Source: Vicinamibacterales bacterium (GTDB taxonomy: Bacteria > Acidobacteriota > Vicinamibacteria > Vicinamibacterales > SCN-69-37). From it: DNA of 64,000 nucleotides. The DNA is taken from positions 2,185 through 66,184 of the forward strand of contig DATIWF010000104.1 in assembly GCA_035519535.1 (NCBI GenBank), read 5' to 3'. Both the position numbers and the translations under genes were made by a program. The notes beneath the pieces were generated by a model. That model was given only the letters and a program-made list of their open reading frames with translations, did no database searches and was not told where the DNA came from. This document shows, piece by piece, positions 1 to 8,263 of this stretch. Each line of letters opens with the position of its first letter. Position 1 is the first letter of the stretch.

Positions 1-1728
1 GGTCAGAACTGGGAGCGCATCAGCCCGGACCTGACGCGCAACGACAAGAAGAAGCAGGACTTCTCGGGCGGCGAGGGCATCACGCGCGACAGCACGGGCG
101 TCGAGGTCTACTCGACGATCTTCGCGTTCGAGGAATCGCCCGCCACCGCCGGCCTGCTGTGGGCCGGCAGCGACGACGGGCTCGTGCACATCTCGCGTGA
201 CAACGGCAAGTCGTGGCAGGCCATCACGCCGCCGGGGCTTCCGGAATTCAGCACGGTCAACACCATCGACCTGAACGCGAAGGAACCGGGGCGCGCCATC
301 ATCGCGGTGTACCGCTACATGCTGAACGACCTGACGCCGTTCGCCTACGAGACGACCGACTACGGCAAGACCTGGAAGCGGATCGCCGACGGCAAGAACG
401 GCATCCCGGCGGACCACTTCATCCGCGTCGTCCGTCAGGACCCGGACACGCCGGGCCTGCTCTTCGCCGGCACCGAGTACGGCATGTATGTCTCCTACGA
501 CGACGGCGGCCATTGGTCGCCGTTCCAGCTCAACCTGCCGCGCGTGCCGATCATGGATTTGAAGATCTACCGGCACAACCTGATCGTCGCGACCGAGGGC
601 CGCGGGTTCTGGATTCTCGATCAGCTGCCGATCGTCGAGCAGCTCAAGCCCGCCCAGGACCTCGGCGCGGCCACGTTCTTCAAGCCGGCGGACGGTTACC
701 GCGGCGGCGGAGGCGGCCGCGGGGGCGGCGGGAGTGCTGCGAGTCCGCCAACCTTCTATTACTGGTTCCGCGATGAACCGACGTCGCCCGTCACGGTGCA
801 GGTCATGGACGCCGCCGGGTCGGTCGTCTACAACGCGACAGGCCAGCCCGGCACCGGCACGGCGCCTCAGCCGCCGCTGCCGTACAACGCGGCCGAGCCC
901 GCAGCGGGCGGCGGTGGGCGCGGCGGGCGTGGCGGCGGGGGAGGCGGCGGTCGCGGGGCCGGTGGTGGCGGCGGGGGTGGCGCCGTGGTCGCGGAGGCTG
1001 GCGCACCGCAGCAAGCGGGACGCGGCGGTGGCGGACGCGGTGGATTCGGCGGAGGCTTCGGCCCGGCGGGTGTGAGCGCCCACAAGGGGCTGAACGCGAC
1101 GGTCTGGAATCCGCAGCTGCCCGCGCCGTTCTCGATCCCGCCGCGAATCGTCATGTGGGGCGGCGGCGCGGGACCGATGAAAGCCGCGCCCGGCGTCTAC
1201 ACCGCGAAGATCAGCATGGGCTCGTGGTCGCAGACCCAGACGTTCCGGCTGAACCCTGATCCGCGGTTCCAGCCGCCCATGACCGACGCCGACGGCCAGG
1301 CGCAGCTCAAGATGGCGCAGGAGGTCGGCGGCTGGACCAAGAACCTGTACGACAAGCTCGCGCAGATTCGCGACGCCAAGCAGCAGGCCGCCCAGATCGC
1401 GGGCAAGACGCCCGCACTGGCCGGCGCCGCGAAGTCGTTCACGGACAGCGCCGAGAAAGTCGAAGGCGACATGACCCAGCTCCGGGGCGAGGCCAATCAG
1501 GACGCGCTCAACTTCCCCGGCCGGCTCGACAATCAGCTCGTCGTCCTCTACGGCAACATCGTCGGCGCCGAGCGCAAGCTGGGCTCGGCGATCACCGAGC
1601 GCTACGCCGACCTCAAGCCGCAGTACGAGGACGTCATGAAGCGGGTGTCGGCGGTGCTGACCACGGACGTCGCGACCTTCAACGCGGCGGCAGCGCGGGC
1701 GGGAGCGGGGGGGATTACGATCAAGTAG
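1..1728 (+). CDS. BNR/Asp-box (sortilin/VPS10-like) beta-propeller protein, C-terminal ~575 aa; the 5' end lies outside the window
   Basis: Frame +1 is open from nt 1 (GQNWERISPDLTRND...) and is contiguous with track ORF 184..1728. It has three Asp-box motifs SxDxGxxW (SRDNGKSW, TTDYGKTW, SYDDGGHW). Stop TAG is at 1726-1728. It contains two Gly/Arg low-complexity inserts (see findings). Confidence 0.8.
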   Translation, partial: GQNWERISPDLTRNDKKKQDFSGGEGITRDSTGVEVYSTIFAFEESPATAGLLWAGSDDGLVHISRDNGKSWQAITPPGLPEFSTVNTIDLNAKEPGRAIIAVYRYMLNDLTPFAYETTDYGKTWKRIADGKNGIPADHFIRVVRQDPDTPGLLFAGTEYGMYVSYDDGGHWSPFQLNLPRVPIMDLKIYRHNLIVATEGRGFWILDQLPIVEQLKPAQDLGAATFFKPADGYRGGGGGRGGGGSAASPPTFYYWFRDEPTSPVTVQVMDAAGSVVYNATGQPGTGTAPQPPLPYNAAEPAAGGGGRGGRGGGGGGGRGAGGGGGGGAVVAEAGAPQQAGRGGGGRGGFGGGFGPAGVSAHKGLNATVWNPQLPAPFSIPPRIVMWGGGAGPMKAAPGVYTAKISMGSWSQTQTFRLNPDPRFQPPMTDADGQAQLKMAQEVGGWTKNLYDKLAQIRDAKQQAAQIAGKTPALAGAAKSFTDSAEKVEGDMTQLRGEANQDALNFPGRLDNQLVVLYGNIVGAERKLGSAITERYADLKPQYEDVMKRVSAVLTTDVATFNAAAARAGAGGITIK

Positions 1729-1809
1729 GAAGTCAGAAGCCAGAAGTGAGGAGTTTCGAACCGCCACGCGTGTGACGGCCCGAACTTCAAACTTCTGGCT
1801 TCTGACTTC
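1729..1809. repeat. Perfect 19-bp inverted repeat (1729-1747 / 1791-1809, 43-nt spacer) between convergent genes; candidate bidirectional terminator or REP-like hairpin
   Basis: GAAGTCAGAAGCCAGAAGT pairs perfectly with ACTTCTGGCTTCTGACTTC, checked base by base. The left arm starts directly after the upstream TAG. The last nt of the right arm is part of the DedA stop codon. Both arms are built from 7-nt repeats (GAAGNCA x3 / CTTCNNN x4). The element is locally AT-richer than its surroundings. Confidence 0.6.
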
Positions 1810-2375
1810 TAGCTGTTCTTGATATCGACCGCGTGTTTCTCGGCGCGTCCGAGGAACCGCGCGATGACGACGATGATGACGGCCGGGATGAGGGCAGACC
1901 ACCAGCCGGAGATGCCGACGCCCGGCAGCCACTTCGGGCCCGCATAGGCCACCAGAACCAGCAAGCCGGCGGCCCAGACGACGCTCGAGATACTGTCGAG
2001 GATGCTGAACTTGAGCGGCGGCACCTCGGCATACGCGCACGCCGCCGCGAGCGCGATCCGCAGGCCGGGCGAGAATCGGAGCAGCAGCACCGTGGCGGTT
2101 TCGGCCGCGCGCACCCGCCGCACCAGCGTGTGGCCGCGCCTCGCGATCGACGGAAACCGATCGAGCCACCGGCGCAACCGGCCGCGCAGCGCGTAGAAGT
2201 AGAACTGATCGCCCACCGCGGCGCCAATGGCGCCGGAGATGACGACGCCCACGGCGTCAAGCCGCCCTTGACTGACCAGGGTCGCGGCCGTCACAAAGAC
2301 GATCTCGCCCTCCAGACTGGCGGCGATGAGAATGACGAGGTAGGCGAGCGGGCCGCCGGCGTCCGGAAGGTGCAT
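1809..2375 (-). CDS. DedA family (SNARE-associated) inner-membrane protein
   Basis: 188 aa and polytopic. DedA-type conserved stretches are present (LEGEIVFV, GDQFYFYALRG, LRFSPGLR). Its ATG (2373-2375) shares 1 nt with the stop of the upstream aminotransferase gene (TGATG on the minus strand). Confidence 0.8.
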   Translation of the reverse strand: MHLPDAGGPLAYLVILIAASLEGEIVFVTAATLVSQGRLDAVGVVISGAIGAAVGDQFYFYALRGRLRRWLDRFPSIARRGHTLVRRVRAAETATVLLLRFSPGLRIALAAACAYAEVPPLKFSILDSISSVVWAAGLLVLVAYAGPKWLPGVGISGWWSALIPAVIIVVIARFLGRAEKHAVDIKNS

Positions 2376-3646
2376 CAGCTGCGCGCGTGGGCCGCCTCCG
2401 GCGCGGCCGCCTGGCGGGACGCGACCTCGCGCACGACAGTCGCGACGCGCTCCACTTCAGCCGGCGTGAGGGACTCGTACACCGGAATCTGCACGGCCTC
2501 CTGGGTTTCGTCGGCGCCGGGCGTGGCCGCGGCGAACGGCTTGAACAGCTCCATCTGTGTGCAGACGTCGACGTGGAGCGTCTCGAGGTCGACGCCGCGG
2601 CGGAGGCACTGCAGCACCACGGCGTCCCGCGCCGGCATGTACGCGCAGTACTGATAGAACACGTGCGTCCGGTCGGGCGGCACGACCGGCAGGCGGACGC
2701 CTGGAATGGTGCGCAGCGCGTCGGTGACACGCGCGGCGTGCGCCTGCGTGTCGGCCGTCCACTGGTCGAGCCGCTCGAGCGCCTGCAGCCCAAGCGCCGC
2801 CTGCACGTTCGCGTAGCGCGCCGTGTAGTCGGCGGGCAGGGGCTCGAGCGAGCGGATCGTCTCCCACAGATACACGTCGGGGTTCGTGCCGAAGATCGCC
2901 GACACCCACAGCACGGGAAACAACGTCCACGTGAAGACCCGCGGGCGGATCGAGATGCGCTGCACGCGGCCCTGGAACAGCCGCTTCTTGACCATCTCGA
3001 CCGTCGGCGGCGGCTCCTTCGACGCGATCGCGGCGATCCGATCGGCCAGCCCGGCGTTCCGAGCTACAGCCATTCCCCCGCCGTAGGTGTTGAGCGGCTT
3101 GAGCGTCTGGAAACTGAAGAGGGCGGCGTCGCCGATCGTCCCGACCGGTTGACCGCGATAGGTCGCGCCAAGCGCATGGGCGCAGTCCTCGATCACCGCG
3201 AGCTTGTGCTTCGCGGCGACCTCGAGGATGCCGTCCAGGTCGCACGGCAGGCCCCAGAGGTGCGTGGGCACGACGGCGACGGTCTTCGGCCCGACGACGC
3301 GCGCGAGCGTCGCCGGCGTGATGTTGAACGTCGCCGGATCGACGTCGGCGAAGACCGGCGTCAATCCGGCGACACGGGCGATCTCGGGTATGACCCAGAA
3401 CGTCAGAGCTGGAAGGATGATTTCACTGCCGGAGGGAAAATTCAGCGCCTTGAGGATGTAGTAGAACGCCATGCGGCCGTACGACGCCGAGATCGCCCGC
3501 ACGCCGCCCAGGCGTCGCGCGAATGCCTGCTCGAACGCCGCCACGTGCGGGCCCTCGATGAGCTGGCCCCGCCCCTCGATCTCGTCGATGAGCTCCTGCG
3601 TGTTGGGCAGGACGCGCGCGCCGTAGCGGGAAATTGCGGTCAGCAT
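2375..3646 (-). CDS. DegT/DnrJ/EryC1/StrS-family PLP-dependent aminotransferase
   Basis: 423 aa. Family-typical blocks are GPHVAAFEQAFARRLG, AVVPTHLWGLPCD and IEDCAHALGA, with a probable PLP lysine in FSFQTLKPL. Its ATG 3644-3646 lies inside the last codons of the upstream rSAM gene (7-nt overlap). Confidence 0.8.
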   Translation of the reverse strand: MLTAISRYGARVLPNTQELIDEIEGRGQLIEGPHVAAFEQAFARRLGGVRAISASYGRMAFYYILKALNFPSGSEIILPALTFWVIPEIARVAGLTPVFADVDPATFNITPATLARVVGPKTVAVVPTHLWGLPCDLDGILEVAAKHKLAVIEDCAHALGATYRGQPVGTIGDAALFSFQTLKPLNTYGGGMAVARNAGLADRIAAIASKEPPPTVEMVKKRLFQGRVQRISIRPRVFTWTLFPVLWVSAIFGTNPDVYLWETIRSLEPLPADYTARYANVQAALGLQALERLDQWTADTQAHAARVTDALRTIPGVRLPVVPPDRTHVFYQYCAYMPARDAVVLQCLRRGVDLETLHVDVCTQMELFKPFAAATPGADETQEAVQIPVYESLTPAEVERVATVVREVASRQAAAPEAAHARS

Positions 3647-5034
3647 GATTCGATCTGCGAGAGTTCCACTTTCTCACGCTCGGCGTGGAAGCGCGTGACC
3701 CGCGCGTCCAGCCGCGCAACAAATTCTCTCACCTTCGGGGCCGTGATGCGCAGGTAGTTCGCCACATACGACGGACGCATGTAGAACCGGCAAAACGCCG
3801 CGCCCAGCAGATACTTGAGCTCGTCGTTCGTCATGTTCGGGTGCGTGAACGTCGGCGTGAACCCATCGAATCGCTCCCAGTCGCGCTCGATGATGAGCGG
3901 CTCCATCCGCTTGAAGAGCGGCGTGCCCGGATATGGCGTCAGGATCTTGAACTGCGCCACCGTGGACCCCAGGTCGGCCGCGTACTCGATCGTCGCCGTG
4001 ATCGACTCCTTCGTGTCCTCCAGGAACCCGATCACGTAGAACGCCGCCGTGACGATGCCGAGCTGGCGGCAGCGCGTCACCATGGCGCGCTGGTGGGCCT
4101 CCGGGATCGGCCGCCGGCCGACCTTTTTGAGGACCGCCGACGAGACGGCCTCGACGCCGAAGCTCATCGCCCGCAGGCCGGCGCGGTGCATCGTCGCCAG
4201 AAGCTCGGCGTCGAGCCGGTCGAGCCGCGTCTCGCATTCGAACGTGAGGTCGAGGTCGCGCGACAAGATGCCGTCGCAGAGCGCGACCACGCGCTCGCGA
4301 TCCTGCGTGAACAGCGGATCGCGGAACACCACGTGAGGGCGAGGGATGAGATCGGTCAGGTGGACGAGCTCCTCGAGGATGTTTCCGACCGATCGGGCCC
4401 GGTACGTCGACAGGATGCGATGGGGGCAGTACGTGCAGAACTCCGGACACGACCGGCTCGCGAGCAAGGGAAACGACCCGCCGGCCGGACGGCCGGCAAA
4501 CGGCAGCCGGAAGCGGCGGCGGTCATCGCCGAGGACCTCCCACCGCGGAAACGGCAGCGAGTCGAGATCGGCGACGGCCGGGCTGTCCACGCGCCCCTCG
4601 AGCATCTCGCCCTGGAACAGCCGCGCGAGGGCCGCCTCGGGCTCGCCGTCCACGAGGAAATCGGCGGAGGATTGATAGAGCTGCGGCAGCTTCGACGCCG
4701 TCAGGCCGATGAAGCCGACCCTGGTCCCGCGCGCCCGCATGGCCGCGCCCCACTCGGCCTCGCGCTTGTAGTCCACGAGCGATGAGAGCACGATCGCCAC
4801 GTCGGCCGGGACCAGCTCGCCGCGCGTGGCGACGACTTCGTGCCCGGCCCGGGTGGCGAGCGCCGCCGCGTACGCGAGGTGCACGCTGGGCAAGTCGTGC
4901 ATCCGGCGCTTTAAGGCGGCCACCGCGGCCGTCACGTTGCTGAACGGAATGAGACGCGACCCGTACCCCCCCGCGACGGTGTCCTTGCTGACGAAGCCCC
5001 CCGTGGCTTTCAAATCCGCTAACGCGATACGCAT
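3640..5034 (-). CDS. Class-B (B12-binding domain) radical SAM protein, function unknown
   Basis: 464 aa. An N-terminal Rossmann-like B12-binding-type region (VVATRGE...VAIVLSSL...FIGLTAS) is followed by the radical-SAM cluster motif CxxxCxxC (SRSCPEFCTYCPH). Confidence 0.8.
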   Translation of the reverse strand: MRIALADLKATGGFVSKDTVAGGYGSRLIPFSNVTAAVAALKRRMHDLPSVHLAYAAALATRAGHEVVATRGELVPADVAIVLSSLVDYKREAEWGAAMRARGTRVGFIGLTASKLPQLYQSSADFLVDGEPEAALARLFQGEMLEGRVDSPAVADLDSLPFPRWEVLGDDRRRFRLPFAGRPAGGSFPLLASRSCPEFCTYCPHRILSTYRARSVGNILEELVHLTDLIPRPHVVFRDPLFTQDRERVVALCDGILSRDLDLTFECETRLDRLDAELLATMHRAGLRAMSFGVEAVSSAVLKKVGRRPIPEAHQRAMVTRCRQLGIVTAAFYVIGFLEDTKESITATIEYAADLGSTVAQFKILTPYPGTPLFKRMEPLIIERDWERFDGFTPTFTHPNMTNDELKYLLGAAFCRFYMRPSYVANYLRITAPKVREFVARLDARVTRFHAEREKVELSQIESC

Positions 5035-5068
5035 GAGATCCCCTCAGTGCCGGATAGGAAACGAGTAC

Positions 5069-5107
5069 GGACAGTGCGCCGCGGAGCCGCGGCTCCGCGT
5101 TCTGTCC
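5069..5107 (-). terminator. GC-rich two-helix hairpin downstream of the FG-GAP gene; candidate terminator
   Basis: GGACAG(5069-5074) pairs with CTGTCC(5102-5107), and the inner GCGGAG(5081-5086) pairs with CTCCGC(5093-5098). It lies 18 nt past the FG-GAP stop on the minus strand and is followed there by GTACTCGTTTCC, which is only a weak U-tract. Confidence 0.25.
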
Positions 5108-5124
5108 ACCACCAACACAGACGG

Positions 5125-5709
5125 TCAGCGCGAGAGGGGAGGGGCGCGAGACCCGGACGAACCGAGCGTGCGATCGAGAACGGGTGGCGAGCGGCGAAGC
5201 GCCACCGGGGTCGAGCTCGCCGGTGGCGAAAGATGCAGAGGATCGGCGGCGTCGACCGCGAGCGTCCAGTCCGACCCCGGAATGAGATCGTCGCCGTTGT
5301 CGCCGGCCTGCTTGCCCACGCCGGGACTGCCCGCGGACACCAGGTCGGGCTGGGCCTTGCGCGGACGCACGTGCTTGAGGTGCCCGCGCTTCGTCCCGCG
5401 CCAGACGTGCACCCCGGCGCTGATGTCCGACGCGACGATCTCCGGACGGCCGTCTCCGTCGAGATCGAACGCGCCGACTTTCAGAATCGGAGCGCTGAGC
5501 CGGAGAACGCGCAGCGACTGCGTCGCCGAGAGCCAGACTTGCAGGGTGGAATCGGGTCCGCGCTGCAGAACCGTGACGACGTCGCGCAGACCGTCCCGGT
5601 CGAAGTCGCCGTAGACCGGATCGGCGGCCGCCTTGGGGGGCAGGCCGACAAGTCCCGCTGCCACCACGGCCCACGCAAGAGACCGCACGAGGCGGGGGCG
5701 ACGGATCAT
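5125..5709 (-). CDS. Secreted FG-GAP/VCBS-repeat protein
   Basis: 194 aa. It has an N-terminal signal-like segment (MIRRPRLVRSLAWAVVAAGLVGLP) and two Ca-binding-type DxDxDG loops (GDFDRDGLRD, FDLDGDGRPE). Confidence 0.6.
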   Translation of the reverse strand: MIRRPRLVRSLAWAVVAAGLVGLPPKAAADPVYGDFDRDGLRDVVTVLQRGPDSTLQVWLSATQSLRVLRLSAPILKVGAFDLDGDGRPEIVASDISAGVHVWRGTKRGHLKHVRPRKAQPDLVSAGSPGVGKQAGDNGDDLIPGSDWTLAVDAADPLHLSPPASSTPVALRRSPPVLDRTLGSSGSRAPPLSR

Positions 5710-5784
5710 GTGTTGTCAGCAGTATAACCGGTACTCGGCCCCTGCGAACGAACGAGGCCGAAATTCCTCGGAAAATCCGCGACC

Positions 5785-5814
5785 TTGAACGGCGCAGAAC
5801 GAGTCGGATAGGCT
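5785..5814 (+). promoter_or_regulatory. Candidate sigma70-type promoter TTGAAC-N18-TAGGCT for the aldehyde dehydrogenase gene
   Basis: TTGAAC is at 5785-5790 and TAGGCT at 5809-5814, 37 nt upstream of the ATG at 5852, in a divergent intergenic region. Confidence 0.25.
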
Positions 5815-5851
5815 GGCGCGGCCCGGACGTGACGGGTTTGTCGAGGCCTTG

Positions 5852-7312
5852 ATGCCCCACGATCAGATCTTCATCAACGGCGAGTTCACCGACGCGGCGA
5901 CCGCCGATACGCTGGACGTCATCGACCCGGCCACGACCAGGCGCGTCGGGACGGCGGCCGATGCGACGGAGGCCGACGTGGACCGGGCGGTCACCGCCGC
6001 ACGCGGCGCGTTCGAGCGCACATGGCGCGCCACGTCGGCCCAGGAGCGCGGCCGCATCCTCATGCGCCTCGCCCAGACGCTTCGCGACCGCGCCGACGAG
6101 CTGGCCGCGCTCGAGACCCAGACGTGCGGCAAGCCGATCGTAGAGTCCGAAAGCGACCTGGCCGACGCCGCGACGTGTTTCGAGTACTACGGCGGACTCG
6201 CGACGAAGATCCACGGCGACGTCGTGCCCGTGCCCGACGACGCGATGGTGCTGGCGCTCAACGAGCCGGTCGGCGTCGTCGGACAAATCATCCCGTGGAA
6301 CTACCCGCTCCTGATGGCGGCATGGAAGCTGGCGCCGGCGTTGTGCGCCGGCTGCACCGTCGTGCTCAAACCGGCGGAAGAGACGCCTCTCACCGCGCTC
6401 GCCTTCGCGCGGAGCTTCGCGGAGGCCGGCGTCCCGCCCGGGGTGATCAACATCGTGACGGGCCGCGGCGAGCGCGCGGGCGCGGCGCTCGTGGCGCACC
6501 CCGACGTGGACAAGATCGCCTTCACCGGCAGCGTCGAGGTCGGCAAGCAGGTCATGGCGTCGGCGGCCGGCACGCTCAAGCGCGTCACGCTCGAGCTCGG
6601 CGGCAAGTCGCCCACGATCATCTTCGCGGATTCGGACTTCGAGGCAGCGCTCCAGGGCGCGCTCTTCGGCGTCTTCCTCAACCAGGGCGAGATGTGCTCG
6701 GCCGGCAGCCGCGTCCTCGTCGAGCGGTCGGTCTATCAGCGCGTGCTCGACGCCATGGTCGAGCGCGCGCGCGGCATCGTCCTCGGCCCCGGCGCGGATC
6801 GCGACACCCGGATGGGACCGCTCGTGAGCCGGCGGCACTTCGATCGCGTCCGCGCCTATCAGGACCTCGGCCGGCGCGAGGCGAAGCTGGCCCTGGGCGG
6901 CGGGCGCGCGTCCGGTCCCCGTCTCGACGCCGGACTGTTCGTCGAGCCGACGATCTTCTACGACGTCGACAATCACGCGCGGATCGCGCAGGAGGAGATC
7001 TTCGGGCCCGTCGCGTGCGTCATGCCGTTCGACGACGAAGAGCAGGCGATCCGCGTCGCCAACGACTCGCCGTTCGGGCTCGCCGCGTCGGTCTGGACGC
7101 GCGACATCTTCCGCGCGTTCCGCCTCGTCAAGCGCCTGCGGTCGGGCGTCGTCTGGGTCAATCACTCGCAGCCCGCCCCGGTCGAAGCGCCCTGGGGCGG
7201 CGTCAAGCAGAGCGGCATCGGGCGGGAGCTCGGACGCTGGGGCGTCGAGGCCTATCTCGAGACGAAGCAGGTGTACATCAACCTCGACGAGACGCCGATC
7301 GAGTGGCCCTGA
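5852..7312 (+). CDS. NAD(P)-dependent aldehyde dehydrogenase (betaine-aldehyde/aminoaldehyde DH-like)
   Basis: ALDH signatures are present: ELGGKSP (catalytic Glu), NQGEMCSAGSR (catalytic Cys), FTGSVEVGK and the PWNYP motif. The track ORF starts at TTG 5849; ATG 5852 is preferred. Confidence 0.9.
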   Translation: MPHDQIFINGEFTDAATADTLDVIDPATTRRVGTAADATEADVDRAVTAARGAFERTWRATSAQERGRILMRLAQTLRDRADELAALETQTCGKPIVESESDLADAATCFEYYGGLATKIHGDVVPVPDDAMVLALNEPVGVVGQIIPWNYPLLMAAWKLAPALCAGCTVVLKPAEETPLTALAFARSFAEAGVPPGVINIVTGRGERAGAALVAHPDVDKIAFTGSVEVGKQVMASAAGTLKRVTLELGGKSPTIIFADSDFEAALQGALFGVFLNQGEMCSAGSRVLVERSVYQRVLDAMVERARGIVLGPGADRDTRMGPLVSRRHFDRVRAYQDLGRREAKLALGGGRASGPRLDAGLFVEPTIFYDVDNHARIAQEEIFGPVACVMPFDDEEQAIRVANDSPFGLAASVWTRDIFRAFRLVKRLRSGVVWVNHSQPAPVEAPWGGVKQSGIGRELGRWGVEAYLETKQVYINLDETPIEWP

Positions 7313-7345
7313 CGCCGCCTGCGCGGCCGCGATTATACTGGTGCG

Positions 7346-7618
7346 ATGCTCACGGCCCGGCGCTACCAGGTGAGCGGGCGCGTCCAGGGTGTGGGCTTCC
7401 GGTTCTTCGTGCTGGAGGCGGCCGAGCAGGAAGGCCTCTCCGGCTGGGTGCGGAATCTGCCGGACGGCCGCGTGGAGATCGCGGCCGAGGGCGACCGCGA
7501 AGCGATCGAGCGCTTCGAGGGCCGGGTGCGGCGCGGGCCGCCGGCCGCGCGGGTCGAGCGCATGGACACGAGCGACGAGGTCCCGACCGGGCGCCCCGGC
7601 GGCTTTCGCATCGCGTGA
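7346..7618 (+). CDS. acyP: Acylphosphatase
   Basis: 90 aa with the signature [13 protein letters not shown] and [12 protein letters not shown]. Confidence 0.9.
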   Translation: MLTARRYQVSGRVQGVGFRFFVLEAAEQEGLSGWVRNLPDGRVEIAAEGDREAIERFEGRVRRGPPAARVERMDTSDEVPTGRPGGFRIA

Positions 7619-7624
7619 CCGACC

Positions 7625-8155
7625 GTGACTGAGGAAGAAATGGACGCATTGAAGCAGCGAATCCGGCACGTGCCGGATTTTCCGAAGCCGGGCATTCTGT
7701 TCTACGACGTCACGACGCTGATGAAGGACCCGTACGGCTTCAACCTCGCCGTCGAGGCGATGGCCGAGCCGCACCGAGGCGCGCACGTCGAGCTCGTCGT
7801 GGGGATCGAGAGCCGCGGGTTCATCTTCGGATCGGCCGTCGCCGACCGGCTGAAGAGCGGCTTCGCGCCGGTGCGCAAGCTCGGCAAGCTGCCGGCGAAG
7901 ACGCGCCGCGCGTCGTACGCGCTCGAGTACGGCACGGACTCGCTCGAAATCCACGAAGACGCCGCGCATCGCGGCCAGCGCGTCCTCATCGTCGACGACC
8001 TGCTGGCGACCGGCGGCACGGCCGCCGCGACCGTGGGCCTGGTCCGCGGCCTGGGCGCGGAAGTCGTCGGCGTGCAGTTCTTGATCGAGCTCGTGGCCCT
8101 TCGGGGACGCGACAAGCTGAAGGGCGAGCAGGTCGGCGCCGTGCTGGCGTACTGA
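7625..8155 (+). CDS. apt: Adenine phosphoribosyltransferase
   Basis: IRHVPDFPKPGILFYDVT and the PRPP-binding motif VLIVDDLLATGGT are present. The start is GTG 7625 or in-frame ATG 7640. Confidence 0.9.
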   Translation: MTEEEMDALKQRIRHVPDFPKPGILFYDVTTLMKDPYGFNLAVEAMAEPHRGAHVELVVGIESRGFIFGSAVADRLKSGFAPVRKLGKLPAKTRRASYALEYGTDSLEIHEDAAHRGQRVLIVDDLLATGGTAAATVGLVRGLGAEVVGVQFLIELVALRGRDKLKGEQVGAVLAY

Positions 8156-8164
8156 CGACGAATC

Positions 8165-8241
8165 GCGCCCGTAGCTCAGGTGGATAGAGCACCGCCCTCC
8201 TAAGGCGGGGGCCGCCCGTTCGAATCGGGCCGGGCGCACCA
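8165..8241 (+). tRNA. tRNA-Arg (anticodon CCT), with encoded CCA
   Basis: A manual cloverleaf was built. Acceptor GCGCCCG/CGGGCGC; D-arm GCTC-AGGTGGATA-GAGC; anticodon arm CCGCC-CTCCTAA-GGCGG (CCT at 8199-8201); variable GGGCC; T-arm GCCCG-TTCGAAT-CGGGC; discriminator A; CCA at 8239-8241. Confidence 0.97.
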
Positions 8242-8263
8242 GGACCGACGTGAGGACCGTGAG

